The translations under genes were made by a program, and so were the position numbers. A stretch of 63,777 nucleotides of DNA, counting the filler, from Octopus bimaculoides (taxonomy: Eukaryota): NCBI RefSeq assembly GCF_001194135.2. It is 7 parts of 7 records of this genome, joined end to end, with 100 filler letters (N's around TTAATTAATTAA, not from the genome) between each part and the next. Parts side by side here need not be neighbours in the genome. Positions count along the whole stretch, not along the records: positions 36,867 to 46,558 come from NC_068987.1; positions 46,659 to 55,414 come from NC_069007.1; 5 more parts are not named here. The stretch is one strand, 5' to 3'. Under the pieces are notes generated by a model that saw only the letters and a program-made list of their open reading frames with translations, did no database searches and was not told the DNA's origin. Shown here piece by piece: positions 38,515-52,542 of the stretch (position 1 is the first letter of the stretch; the number at the start of each line of letters is the position of its first letter).

Positions 38515-40033
38515 CATAGGCTTAAATCTATCTATGAATTTATCTATATGTATGTATGTGTGTATGTATGTATGTATGTATGTATCTATCTATCTATCTA
38601 TCTATCTATCTGTCTATCTATATAGGAATTCGTACACATACACACATTTATTTTTCATTCTTAAACAAGAATGTTGTTGATAGTAACTTTGAAGTTACGA
38701 CCAGCTAAGCCATCGTCCGATGAGATGCTTAACTGGCCGAATCTCCGAAGTCACTGTCAGCAATCAACGACATTCTTGTTTAATGATAATAGATTTGGAA
38801 CTCTACAAAAGTATACCATAACCCATCAGATTAAAGTAAAATTGTTTTTATTATAACTGAACATAAAAACAACCATTAATATCTATACACACACACACAC
38901 AGACACACACACACACACACANNNNNNNNNNNNNNNNNNNNNNNNNNNNNNNNNNNNNNNNNNNNNNNNNNNNNNNNNNNNNNNNNNNNNNNNNNNNNNN
39001 NNNNNNNNNNNNNNNNNNNNNNNNNNNNNNNNNNNNNNNNNNNNNNNNNNNNNNNNNNNNNNNNNNNNNNNNNNNNNNNNNNNNNNNNNNNNNNNNNNNN
39101 NNNNNNNNNNNNNNNNNNNNNNNNNNNNNNNNNNNNNNNNNNNNNNNNNNNNNNNNNNNNNNNNNNNNNNNNNNNNNNNNNNNNNNNNNNNNNNNNNNNN
39201 NNNNNNNNNNNNNNNNNNNNNNNNNNNNNNNNNNNNNNNNNNNNNNNNNNNNNNNNNNNNNNNNNNNNNNNNNNNNNNNNNNNNNNNNNNNNNNNNNNNN
39301 NNNNNNNNNNNNNNNNNNNNNNNNNNNNNNNNNNNNNNNNNNNNNNNNNNNNNNNNNNNNNNNNNNNNNNNNNNNNNNNNNNNNNNNNNNNNNNNNNNNN
39401 NNNNNNNNNNNNNNATATATATATATATATATATATAAATAATACAGAATGGGACAAGAATGCAAAACATCCAGACAGTTAGGTGATACAAGAAAGGCAC
39501 AAGACATACAGATAGACGATACAAAGAAAACATGGACAGGTCATTTGGAGTTTTCTCTCTTCAGTCGAGATCCAGATTATCCTTGCAATTTCGGCTGGTA
39601 ATTCTCGATATTGCTCCAATCTGGCCAGCCCTAAAGAAAAACTAAGCTAAGAGCATTAGATTCCTTGGAAGAAAGCAGCGAATGTATACAAAAATAAGGA
39701 CGGAAAAAAAACGAACAATGTTACACAAATACAGTAGGAATAATAACAGGCAGGATTCAAGTGAATCAGGCAGTTAAATGGTAAGGCACTGGGTAGGGTC
39801 AAAGAGTAAAATAGATGAATACATACGGGGGTACCGCAGTGCAGACAAAATGACATTCAGGTTAGGTATACGATTAACTGTACCCGACTGAATATATCAA
39901 TAACCCCGAGGTTAATAAAGAAACGCACATTATACTAAATGTACGGTTCATAATATACTTCGGATCTACGTAAGGAGCAGGTTCCGAGAGATGTGAATAA
40001 TGAATATACAAATAACAAAAGATGGATAAGGTA

Positions 40034-40236
40034 TCAATTCACTACAGCTGTTTCCAACGAACTTTTAATTGAATAATGGAGACATTACTTAAGAAAAAGA
40101 AAAAAAAAACGTTTTCATCAGGTGAATACGTGAATTACAACATTATATAATAACCGAATAAAAACGTTTTTTTCTAATGATGTAATGTCTCCATTAATCA
40201 ATCAAAAATTCGGTGGAAACAGCTGTAGTGAATTGA
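40034..40236. repeat. Fold-back element with GAAACAGCTGTA hammerhead tails at both outer ends
   Basis: About 40034-40115 is the imperfect reverse complement of about 40160-40236. Confidence 0.82.
40037..40127 (-). ncRNA. Putative type I hammerhead ribozyme with canonical core and long loop II
   Basis: Minus strand ATTCAC-CTGATGA-A-AACG[about 50 nt]CGTT-G-GAAAC-AGCT-GTA|GTGAAT gives a perfect 6-bp stem I and a 4-bp stem II with an A.G mismatch at 10.1/11.1. Confidence 0.58.
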
Positions 40237-40239
40237 CAC

Positions 40240-40418
<179 letters not shown>

Positions 40419-41456
40419 GTTGTTGTTGTTGTTTTTGTTGTTGTTGTTGTTGTTGTTATTATTTATAACTTTTAATCTGCAAGTTTGTTACAGTTACTTG
40501 CCGAGACACACCCAGTATCCTGGGATGGGTGAAGGATAAAGGATGTTACAGTATGACTGAAAGCTTAGGGAGGGTAAGTAGCGAAATATCTTCATGTAAT
40601 TCAATGCAGACATTTAAATGGAAAAGGCTTCTCTAAGAGTGTGGGCAATACTTGTCAATACAATCCTTTGGATTTCTCTGAGATATGGTTCTTCTGGGAT
40701 TTATCCAGATATTTCTGACATACCGTTTTTATCATACCTGGGGCACCTACAATAACAGGAAGAGTTCTCGTTTTAAGATGCTTCATCTTTTGTATTTCAA
40801 TTTCCAGGTTCTTATATTTGCGGTTACAACGAGTGTTCCAGTTGATACGATCAACGGAACAGCCTGCTCGTGAAAATTAACGCACAAATAATCCACAGAC
40901 ATGCGTGCTATTGACGTAATTCCAAGGGAGATTCAGTGTGACACAGAATGTGGCAAGGCTGGCTCATTGGAATGCACGTACTACAACCTTTTGGTAGCTG
41001 AGTGGACTGAAGCAACGTAGAATAAAGTGTCTTGCTGAAGGACACACCACACCGCTGGAAATCGAACCCGCGACCCTACGATCGGGAGCCGAATACCCGA
41101 AATACTAAGCCACCCGTCTTTACTATGTCTGTGTGCGTGTCTTTTAGATTTATAATTGTTTCAGTCATTGGTTCTGGGCCAAGCTAGGGCACACCCAGAA
41201 AAGATTAGTCGAACAAGTCAACCCCTCTACTTAATTTTAAAAGTTTGAAAGTCTGGTACCTTCCAAACTTATAGTAGCGATTCGTGAAAATTTCACCTTC
41301 CAATAAGGACGATATGAATCTTTGCTAATTTTGTTAATTGTCGATTATTTTCTCGTTTTCACACTTTTTCCAAAGAAACACGCGCAGGTACGAAGATACT
41401 GAAACCGATGTATACGTACATATATACATACATACATACATACATACATACATACA

Positions 41457-41487
<31 letters not shown>

Positions 41488-41821
41488 GTAACACACTGCC
41501 TAAATACCAATCTTGAGAAATTAGGCTTCGCGAAACCAGAAAGGAGAAAACTAATTCGAAGACTACAAATCAAGTCCATCACTGGAACTATACAAATCAG
41601 TAAAACTTTCCAGAAGTTTAGCATTTAAATATATAAGAGCATGTTTAGACATGTAGCTATATGCTCTCTTTTTACTCTTTTGTTTCGACCAAATCGACCC
41701 CAGGAATTATTCTTTGGAAGCCTAGTACTTATTATATCGGTCTCTTTTGCCGAACCGCTAAGTTACGGGAACGTAAACACACCAGCATCGGTTGTCAAGC
41801 GATGTTAGAGGGACAAACACA

Positions 41822-41867
<46 letters not shown>

Positions 41868-42446
41868 CTCAAACATACTCATCAAAAGGATTTAGAAACT
41901 TAGAGATTTATGAAATAATTTGTTATTAACGGTGGAATTCGAAGTAGATAACGCTACAAAATTATAACATGCAAATACTGGGATNNNNNNNNNNNNNNNN
42001 NNNNNNNNNNNNNNNNNNNNNNNNNNNNNNNNNNNNNNNNNNNNNNNNNNNNNNNNNNNNNNNNNNNNNNNNNNNNNNNNNNNNNNNNNNNNNNNNNNNN
42101 NNNNNNNNNNNNNNNNNNNNNNNNNNNNNNNNNNNNNNNNNNNNNNNNNNNNNNNNNNNNNNNNNNNNNNNNNNNNNNNNNNNNNNNNNNNNNNNNNNNN
42201 NNNNNNNNNNNNNNNNNNNNNNNNNNNNNNNNNNNNNNNNNNNNNNNNNNNNNNNNNNNNNNNNNNNNNNNNNNNNNNNNNNNNNNNNNNNNNNNNNNNN
42301 NNNNNNNNNNNNNNNNNNNNNNNNNNNNNNNNNNNNNNNNNNNNNNNNNNNNATATATACATATACATATCTACATACATTCACGCATACATAATTCCAT
42401 ATACACACATATATATATATATATAATTTCATATACGTAGTGCACA

Positions 42447-42504
<58 letters not shown>

Positions 42505-43212
42505 ACGATGATTCAAAAGAAGCAACTTTAACATTCTAATTTTATATATAACTTAAATGTTAAAAGGACTTCTCTATTAACGTTATATACATCTGGCGCT
42601 TGTGTGTGTGTGTATGTGTATTCACATGCGCTTATATATGCATACGTCTGTGTGTTCATTTATGCTGCAAGTACATGAGGAGTCTTAATACAAAGTGAGC
42701 GTTATCGCTGTGTGTATATATATATATATAAATACTTAAATACATACATACATAGATACGTGTGTGTATGAAACTAGCTGGCAGCGTTTTTATTTTAAAG
42801 GTTAAATTCGTATTCAACTGAACTTATGATGGTTAAAATTTTGTCGTGGCATTTCACTATGAAATCATGCTTGAAATTACAAATAATGCTTTCACGTTCA
42901 AATCCTAACTGGACTTTCAAATATAGCGAATGCCACTAGGAATTACGGGTTCTCTCCCTTACACCTCCCTGGCAGCAGGGTCGCTGCAATATCGTTAGGC
43001 AATGGCTAGAAGCGAAGAAAAACGACCGAGGCGAAAATATGCTGTTGTAAATAAAATGCAAGTGTAAATACGATCCATTTTTTTCATTTTTTATATCTGT
43101 TTCTTCCTCATATTTTTGGTCTCTCTTTTTTAAGTATTACTGATGGTATTTCCATAAATTTGCTTCTCTAAACTTCGATGTTTTAGATATGTTGTACCGA
43201 TACATATATATT

Positions 43213-43236
43213 CATGCATGTATGTATGTATGTATG

Positions 43237-43267
<31 letters not shown>

Positions 43268-43815
43268 GTATGTATGTATGTGTGTATGCATGTATGTATG
43301 TATGTATTATGTATGTATGTATGTGCGTGTGAATGAACGTATGTATGCATTTATGTATGCATGTATATATGTATGCATGTATGTATGTATGTACGTACGT
43401 ATGCATGTATGTATGCATGTGCGTGTGAATGAATATATGTATGCATCTATGTATGCATCTATGTATGCATCTATGTATGCACTATGTATGTATGTATGTA
43501 TATATGTATGTATGTATGTATGTATCTATGTATGTATGCATGTATGTATATGCGTGTAAATGAATGTATGTATGCATCTATGTATGCATGTATATATGTA
43601 TGCATGTATGTATGTATATATATGTATGTATGTATGTGTGCATGCATGTATGTATGTATGTATTTATGTATGTATGCATGTATGTAGGCATGCATGTATG
43701 TATGCATGTATGTATGCATGCATACTTGTATGTATGTATGCATGCATGTCAGTATGTATGTGTGTATGTATGTATGTATGCATGTATGTATATATGTGTA
43801 TGTATGTGTGTGTTG
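43213..43815. repeat. Long degenerate (TATG)n/(TGCA) tetranucleotide satellite
   Basis: Directly visible. It explains the MYVC/HTYI ORFs. Confidence 0.95.
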
Positions 43816-44130
43816 TTGAATATGCATGTGTGTACGCGCGCGTGTTTGAGTTTGTGAGAGAAAGAGAAAGAGGGGTAGACTTAACTCACTCTCCGTTTAT
43901 CAAATCCATTCACAATGCTTTGACGGCCCACGCTATTGTAGATATCACGTGCACAAGTTGCCACGTAGTGAGACTGAACCTGAAACCTTATGGTCGGGAC
44001 GCAAACTTCTTATAACACAGCTACGTTAGCACCTATATACATATGTATATATACACGCATATCGGTGCATATACATACGTATAGGTGCATACACATGCAT
44101 ATATACATGGAACCTTGGCCGTCAAGTACC

Positions 44131-44202
44131 CAAACCCTCGCTCAGGATACAAACCTTCGTTAAGGGCACAAACCCTCGCTAAGGGTACAAACCCTCGCCA
44201 AG
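44131..44202 (+). repeat. 19-bp tandem repeat (AAACCCTCGCTAAGGGTAC) x about 4
   Basis: Units begin near 44132, 44151, 44170 and 44189. Confidence 0.8.
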
Positions 44203-44910
44203 CTTTTCTCTAGTCTACATGTACATAACTCTTTGAAGGCACGTGGCTTAGTGGTAGGTGATTCGGCTCACGATTGGAAGGTCCTGACTTCACTTCTCGG
44301 GGGCGCCCTTTGTCCTTGAGCTAGGCACTTTATTTTACGTTGCTCCAGTCCACTCATCTGGCACAAACGAGCAGTACCTGTATTTCGAAGGGCCAACCCT
44401 GTCACATTCTGTGTCATGCTAAATTTCCCTGGGAACAACGTTAAGGCTATACGTGTTTTGGGAGTACTCAGTCATTTATCCGTTAATTTTACGAGAAGGC
44501 TGATCGGATCAACTGGAACCCGCGTCTTCCTAACCGACGGAAAGCCAGTTAAGCATATCCATGAAGTGGCTCCATTTATCCTAATCATAAACGGGTGTTT
44601 GTGTATATGTAAAGACCGAAACATGAAACAGTTGTTTTAAGAGTGAAATAATTATTTTAAGAAGATTGACAATAACTTCGAAAGTTCTTTATAAGGCACC
44701 ATCTTGAAGTGTTTAGTTGGACAAATCGACCCGAATAATTATTTTTTACAAGTTTTTTTTATTTCTTCTATCATACCTTGTTTTGTTGAACCGCCAAGTT
44801 ACGGGGACATAAACAAAACAACACCGATTGCGAAGCAAGGAGGAAGGTGCAAATACAAACACAATGATACACACAGACACATGTCTCTGTTTCTCCATCT
44901 CCCACTCTCA

Positions 44911-44943
<33 letters not shown>

Positions 44944-44965
44944 TTTCTTTCTTTCATTCATTCAT

Positions 44966-45016
<51 letters not shown>

Positions 45017-45022
45017 CTCTCC

Positions 45023-45059
<37 letters not shown>

Positions 45060-46508
45060 ATACACACACATACATACACATGATAGACTTCCATAGAGCT
45101 CTCAACCAAACTTACTCACAGATCAATGGCTGTCCCGGGGCTATAGAAGAAGCCACTTGCTCAAGATACTGCGCAGGTGGGTGGAACCCGAAATCACGTG
45201 ACTGCAAAGCGAACTTTTTGACCACTCAAAAAACACAATGACTGAGCTACCGTTTCTGCCTTACATTGTCATTGAAAACTTTCAATTGCCGCCGAAGGCA
45301 AGTATGCCTTTCTTCCTGCTGGGCCCCAGAAAGTAAAAGACCCAGCCAATCACTGATTAGCACTACATAATCTTTGAAACTATATTCTGTGTTCAAATCC
45401 TACCCTGGTAAACTATACATTTCAAACATTTTGTTGGGGTCAATATTGGTTTCAGTTTAACATTCCAATAAACGAATGGAGTTCTAACTGAATGGAGTTC
45501 TAATATAAGACGAAGAAGAAGATTCTCTTTCAATTAGTAGAGATGATCAAATCTGCACTATGGTCATATTTCGCCAGGATCTTGTTTATACCTTGCCCAG
45601 CCATATTCACCAGTTGGCTACCGAAAGTATTGATCACAAAATTATACATTGTATAGCGTAACGTTGCCATGATATACATATTTCAGATATTAAATTATAG
45701 ATGTATATAATTCATCAATTAGCAAACCTTCAGATATTTCTCCAATTTCTGTTCTTTTCTTTCTCACTCACCTTCCTCTCTCTCGCCATATTTCTGTCTT
45801 TCACACACTGCGCGCACGCACTCACGCACTCACGCACTCACGCACACACACACAGACACACACACACTCTCCATCTCTCCCTCTCTCTTTCTCTCCTTCT
45901 CTATCTCTATCTGTATCTCACGTACACACACACTGTCTCTTCCTTGTCTCTTTCTCTCATTTGTTTTAAGGGATTTCTCAACATGAACAAACATGCCCTA
46001 CTGTTGATGTAAAAATCTCTAACGAAGAAACAGACAAGCCCCGGAGATTTTCATGAGGTTATGATTTCTAACTAGCCCCAACTTTGCTTTGATAAGTAGT
46101 TTCTTAATACAACAACCAATCAATAATGCTGTTGTGTCTTTTACTATGCAATGCTCGTTGTTTTGTTATAAGATCTGTGAATACCCTTGTTGTCTAGCTT
46201 AAAGCTGTTTATTTGAGGTTATCAAGTTCTGAATTAGCAAAAGGAAAAGCTGTGCCCATTTTCATCCGAGGTCATTATAAGTTTTTCTGGCCATTAGATT
46301 TGATTGCAAACATGAGTAAACAATACGGCCGCGGGATATATATTTCATACAACCTATGCTAATGATTAGAGAGACGAGCGAGCTAGTGAGTACAGCAGGG
46401 ATACAGCGATACAACTACTGAAGCCAGCTAAACATCAGTATACAATGTGCATACAGCGAAACGCTGCATGACGAAAACGTTTATGTATGATTAAAGAGAT
46501 TGCTAGCA

Positions 46509-46558
<50 letters not shown>

Positions 46559-46658
46559 NNNNNNNNNNNNNNNNNNNNNNNNNNNNNNNNNNNNNNNNNN
46601 NNTTAATTAATTAANNNNNNNNNNNNNNNNNNNNNNNNNNNNNNNNNNNNNNNNNNNN

Positions 46659-46692
<34 letters not shown>

Positions 46693-47549
46693 CATATGTG
46701 CATACACACTTACATGCAGGAACGCATATAAGAAAAGAAGGACGAAGGAAAAGAATAAATGACCAAAACAGACAGGAGGGGGGGGGGAGAAAACGAAGAA
46801 ATCATTCCAAATAGTGTCTGAAGCAACCAGACAGTGTTTGGCAGTTGACCAGGTTTGGTTGTCTTTCTGTCAGGGTAATAGTAAAATATTTTGAAAAATT
46901 ATTGCCATCATTTCACCAATCCAATAGTCAGTGTGTCTGTGTGGCGGCGGAAGATGCTATATTGAGGAAACGTTAGCTCGAAGCTAAGGCTCGTAACCAT
47001 TATGTACACATTCTGTATTCTCTGTATTCTCCCACTCCCTACACCAGACATGAACGTTCTTCCGCACACTAAAACACACACATTAATCTATATTAAGTGT
47101 GGCTGTGTGCATTTTCACATCTATTTGTTTTTCTAGGTTATTTCAACTCCGTGCCTGAGTTGGAAGGACAAAACTTCTGAGAAACAAACAGAGGACGCTT
47201 TTCCTTGAAATGAATATTGTACTCACTTTGAACAATATGTCCTTGCAATATTTTGAACAAATATAATCCTATTTCGATCACAGTGCTTTATAAATCCATA
47301 GCACCATAAATTTATCGCCGATGTTTCAATACTCACTTGTATTGAGGTGGAGACCTGCTTCCACAAAAGGCGGCAGCATCAGTCATCTGTTGCAAGCAAT
47401 GGATCCAAACACCACCTCCGGCAAGCGCGAATGCAATAACTCTAAGACTGTAGCAAGGATTTGGTCGATTGAAAATTCCTATTCGTCAAATAAGGTTCTT
47501 ACATCTCACTTCAAAGTCTTCAGGCGTTTGAGGAACACTCAATTTCAGT

Positions 47550-47619
<70 letters not shown>

Positions 47620-48894
47620 GTGTTTGTGTGTGTGTGTGTATATGTATGTATGTTTGTATGTATGTATGTACTTTTTTATTTTTTAAGCCTGGTACGTATT
47701 TCATCGATCTCTTTTGCTGAACTGCTATTTTTACAGGGACGTAAGCACACCAACACCGGTTGTCAAGAGGTGGTGGGGACAAACACACACACACACACAC
47801 ACATATATACGACCAGCTTCTTTTCGATTTCCGTCTACCAAATCCACTTGCCAAGTGTTTGGTCGGCCCGAGGCTATAGCAGAAGACACTTGCCCAAGGT
47901 GCCACCCAGTGGGACTGAATCCGGAACCATGTAGTTGGCAAGCAAGCTTCTTACCATACACTCACTATANNNNNNNNNNNNNNNNNNNNNNNNNNNNNNN
48001 NNNNNNNNNNNNNNNNNNNNNNNNNNNNNNNNNNNNNNNNNNNNNNNNNNNNNNNNNNNNNNNNNNNNNNNNNNNNNNNNNNNNNNNNNNNNNNNNNNNN
48101 NNNNNNNNNNNNNNNNNNNNNNNNNNNNNNNNNNNNNNNNNNNNNNNNNNNNNNNNNNNNNNNNNNNNNNNNNNNNNNNNNNNNNNNNNNNNNNNNNNNN
48201 NNNNNNNNNNNNNNNNNNNNNNNNNNNNNNNNNNNNNNNNNNNNNNNNNNNNNNNNNNNNNNNNNNNNNNNNNNNNNNNNNNNNNNNNNNNNNNNNNNNN
48301 NNNNNNNNNNNNNNNNNNNNNNNNNNNNNNNNNNNNNNNNNNNNNNNNNNNNNNNNNNNNNNNNNNNNNNNNNNNNNNNNNNNNNNNNNNNNNNNNNNNN
48401 NNNNNNNNNNNNNNNNNNNNNNNNNNNNNNNNNNNNNNNNNNNNNNNNNNNNNNNNNNNNNNNNNNNNNNNNNNNNNNNNNNNNNNNNNNNNNNNNNNNN
48501 NNNNNNNNNNNNNNNNNNNNNNNNNNNNNNNNNNNNNNNNNNNNNNNNNNNNNNNNNNNNNNNNNNNNNNNNNNNNNNNNNNNNNNNNNNNNNNNNNNNN
48601 NNNNNNNNNNNNNNNNNNNNNNNNNNNNNNNNNNNNNNNNNNNNNNNNNNNNNNNNNNNNNNNNNNNNNNNNNNNNNNNNNNNNNNNNNNNNNNNNNNNN
48701 NNNNNNNNNNNNNNNNNNNNNNNNNNNNNNNNNNNNNNNNNNNNNNNNNNNNNNNNNNNNNNNNNNNNNNNNNNNNNNNNNNNACAAGCGTACAAATGCA
48801 CACATTCATACCCATAGATACATATATGTGTATATACACATACATACACACATGATACATACACACAAACATAGATATTCAAACTCATATACAT

Positions 48895-48971
<77 letters not shown>

Positions 48972-50444
48972 CATACATGTATACATTCACACACACACTC
49001 ACAAACACACACACATGCATACACACACATGCATACATACACACATATTACTCTAGTTTTATGATATAACAAGTACAGTATTGAATCTTTTATACACACA
49101 CACACATATACTCACACATATATCCAGACATACACACACCTTTATATTCATACAAGACGGCGTGTGTGACTACGCAAATAGGTGTGCGTACGCATGCGTA
49201 TAACTGCGTATATGTCCTACAGCCACCCATTGCCCTCCAGCTAACAACACTGCAATGGAAATAGCTTACATCGATCTGTGAACGTGGCAATTAGAATTAT
49301 TATCTCGAAATGTAAAAATACAAGATGGCTGCCGTTTGTGACCGGTTATTTCTCGATGTGTGTTTATGCATGTGTGGTGGATGTGTGATTGTGCTTCAGG
49401 GTGTGTATGTGTGCGTGTTTGTGTGTGTATGTGTGTGTGTGTGTGATCGCGCGCATGCATGTGCATACACACACACACACACACACTCATAAATTCTTGT
49501 CGATATGTTGTATATTGGACAGTACTTCACGCATGTATTTGTGTGTGTATATANNNNNNNNNNNNNNNNNNNNNNNNNNNNNNNNNNNNNNNNNNNNNNN
49601 NNNNNNNNNNNNNNNNNNNNNNNNNNNNNNNNNNNNNNNNNNNNNNNNNNNNNNNNNNNNNNNNNNNNNNNNNNNNNNNNNNNNNNNNNNNNNNNNNNNN
49701 NNNNNNNNNNNNNNNNNNNNNNNNNNNNNNNNNNNNNNNNNNNNNNNNNNNNNNNNNNNNNNNNNNNNNNNNNNNNNNNNNNNNNNNNNNNNNNNNNNNN
49801 NNNNNNNNNNNNNNNNNNNNNNNNNNNNNNNNNNNNNNNNNNNNNNNNNNNNNNNNNNNNNNNNNNNNNNNNNNNNNNNNNNNNNNNNNNNNNNNNNNNN
49901 NNNNNNNNNNNNNNNNNNNNNNNNNNNNNNNNNNNNNNNNNNNNNNNNNNNNNNNNNNNNNNNNNNNNNNNNNNNNNNNNNNNNNNNNNNNNNNNNNNNN
50001 NNNNNNNNNNNNNNNNNNNNNNNNNNNNNNNNNNNNNNNNNNNNNNNNNNNNNNNNNNNNNNNNNNNNNNNNNNNNNNNNNNNNNNNNNNNNNNNNNNNN
50101 NNNNNNNNNNNNNNNNNNNNNNNNNNNNNNNNNNNNNNNNNNNNNNNNNNNNNNNNNNNNNNNNNNNNNNNNNNNNNNNNNNNNNNNNNNNNNNNNNNNN
50201 NNNNNNNNNNNNNNNNNNNNNNNNNNNNNNNNNNNNNNNNNNNNNNNNNNNNNNNNNNNNNNNNNNNNNNNNNNNNNNNNNNNNNNNNNNNNNNNNNNNN
50301 NNNNNNNNNNNNNNNNNNNNNNNNNNNNNNNNNNNNNNNNNNNNNNNNNNNNNNNNNNNNNNNNNNNNNNNNNNNNNNNNNNNNNNNNNNNNNNNNNNNN
50401 NNNNNNNNNNNNNNNNNNNNNNNNNNNNNNNNNNCTTAATAATG

Positions 50445-50495
<51 letters not shown>

Positions 50496-51106
50496 TCTAA
50501 TTTTGGTACACGGCCAGCAATTTTGAGAGAAGGGGAATTAGCCGATACCCTTGACCCCAGTACTATACTGGTATTCTATTTTAACGACTTCAAAAGGGTA
50601 ACATGTAAATTAGAACTCAGCAGGATTTGAACTTAGACTCTAAAGAATCGATGTCAATAACGTAGGGTATTTAGTTTGAAGTCCTGTGAATTCTGTCAGG
50701 TCATAATCTCCTTGTAACAATTTCTGATTTAGACACAGGAACAGTAATTTGCAACAGTCGCGGGTTAATCGACTGGTACTTTAATCTATGAACCCTGGAA
50801 GGATGAAAGGTAAATTTTACTCCGGTGCAATTTGAACTTAGAACATAAAGAGTCGGGGATAAATACTGCAAGGTATTTTGGTCGATGCTCTAACGATTCT
50901 GCCAATCCATTACTGATACTCTTTTACTCTTTTACTCTTTTACTTGTTTCAGTCATTTGACTGTGGCCATGCTGGAGCACCGCCGTTTAGTCGAGCAACT
51001 CGACCCAAGGACTTATTCTTTGTAAGCCTAGTACTTGTTCTATCAGTCTCTTTTGCCGAATCGCTAAGTTACGGTTGTCAAGCGATGTTGGGGGACAAAC
51101 ACAGAT

Positions 51107-51159
<53 letters not shown>

Positions 51160-51802
51160 TATACATATATACGACGGGCTTCTTTCAGTTTCCGTCTACC
51201 AAATCCACTCACAAGGCTTTGGTCGGCCCAAGGCTATAGTAGAAGACACCTACCCAAGGTGCCACGCAGTGGGACTGAACTCGGAACCATGTGGTTCGTA
51301 AGTAAGCTACTTACCACACAGCCACTCCTAATAATTTTACGTTCTGATATCAAATGCAGCCGGGTTCGGCTTTGCCTTTTAGCCCTTCAGGGGTCGATAA
51401 AATAAGTAATTGACTAGCCCTTGCCCCAAATTGCTAACTTTTCGCCAAAATTTGAAACCAATACAGTCGAATGAATATGGTCGTCGAATGGTATGGTTGT
51501 CTAAAAGGGTAAGATACTAGGTTAATCAAGGTAACTTAAAAAAATATATAGGGAGGGGTAAAACTAAATGTTGTTGAGCATCTACTTTATTGCTCCACCG
51601 CTTAGTCTCATTTAAACACGGGTGAGCTTCTTGATGGTTACTGTCTTTGTTAGAAATAGCAATCAACCCTTGCAGTTCACATCCGACAATCATCAAATAA
51701 AATACATATTGGATAATGCGTAGCTTATGGTAAGTTGAAGTCCAAAAGCTAAACAGTCATTTTGATCGTAGATCTGATCGCTTTGAGCTGAACAGAGGCT
51801 AA

Positions 51803-52186
51803 ACAACAGCAACAATAACAACAACAACAACAGCAGCAGCAACAACAACAATTGCAAAAGCGACAGCAGCAAGAACAAGAACAATAATAATAATGACCAC
51901 AGCTGCTACAACGACATCGGCAGCGACAAGAACAAGGTAACTACGACAACAACGGCGACAATAAAAAACAGCGGTGACAACAGAAACGACGATGACAATA
52001 CCCACAACAACAAGCAGAACAACAACGATAACAACAACAATATCGACGACAACAACGACAAGAGCAACAACAACAATGACAAGAATAACAACAACAACAG
52101 CAGCAACAGCAGCAGCAGCAACAGCAGCAGCACAACAGTAACGATAATAATTACGGATTCAACAACAGCAACGACAACAACTAACG
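51803..52186. repeat. Degenerate (AAC/AGC/GAC/AAT) trinucleotide array
   Basis: Directly visible. It is the source of the poly-L/V/C ORFs. Confidence 0.9.
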
Positions 52187-52221
52187 TAATATGATTCATT
52201 CACGTAAAAGAGCAGAAAGTA

Positions 52222-52295
52222 CGCCATTTTAACCGAGTAACATTTAGACTCGCTGAAACAAAATGGCCGACTTAGGATCGGTTTTAAATGGCGAC
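52222..52295. promoter_or_regulatory. Cluster of three YY1-like motifs (possible promoter)
   Basis: CGCCATTTT at 52222, AAAATGGCCG at 52260 and AAATGGCGAC at 52286, within unique CpG-containing DNA. Confidence 0.25.
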
Positions 52296-52508
52296 GAACG
52301 GAACATGTGTTTCAATAGATTTAATGTAAAGATTGAAATATAAGAAGTAAAATATCATCAAAGTGATGAAGAGAATTAAAGAGATGTCTCTTAGGCTATT
52401 AATAAAAGGCAGAGAAACAGTCCGGTTATTACTGCATCAATAGATATAAACAGCGTGCGGCGAATTAATAAGATGAATGTTACAACAACAACAACAACAA
52501 CAACAACA

Positions 52509-52542
<34 letters not shown>

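Noticed and set aside
39528-39585. Minus-strand CTGAAGA-GAG-AAAA-CTC-CAAAT..GTC hammerhead-like string
   Set aside because: G12 is missing, stem III is poor and there is no stem I pairing. At best it is a heavily decayed relic.
47333-47480. Minus-strand open stretch with AG...GTGAGT boundaries (IFNRPNPCYSLRVIAFALAGGG...)
   Set aside because: The acceptor is weak, the protein motif is not recognisable, and no partner exons were found.
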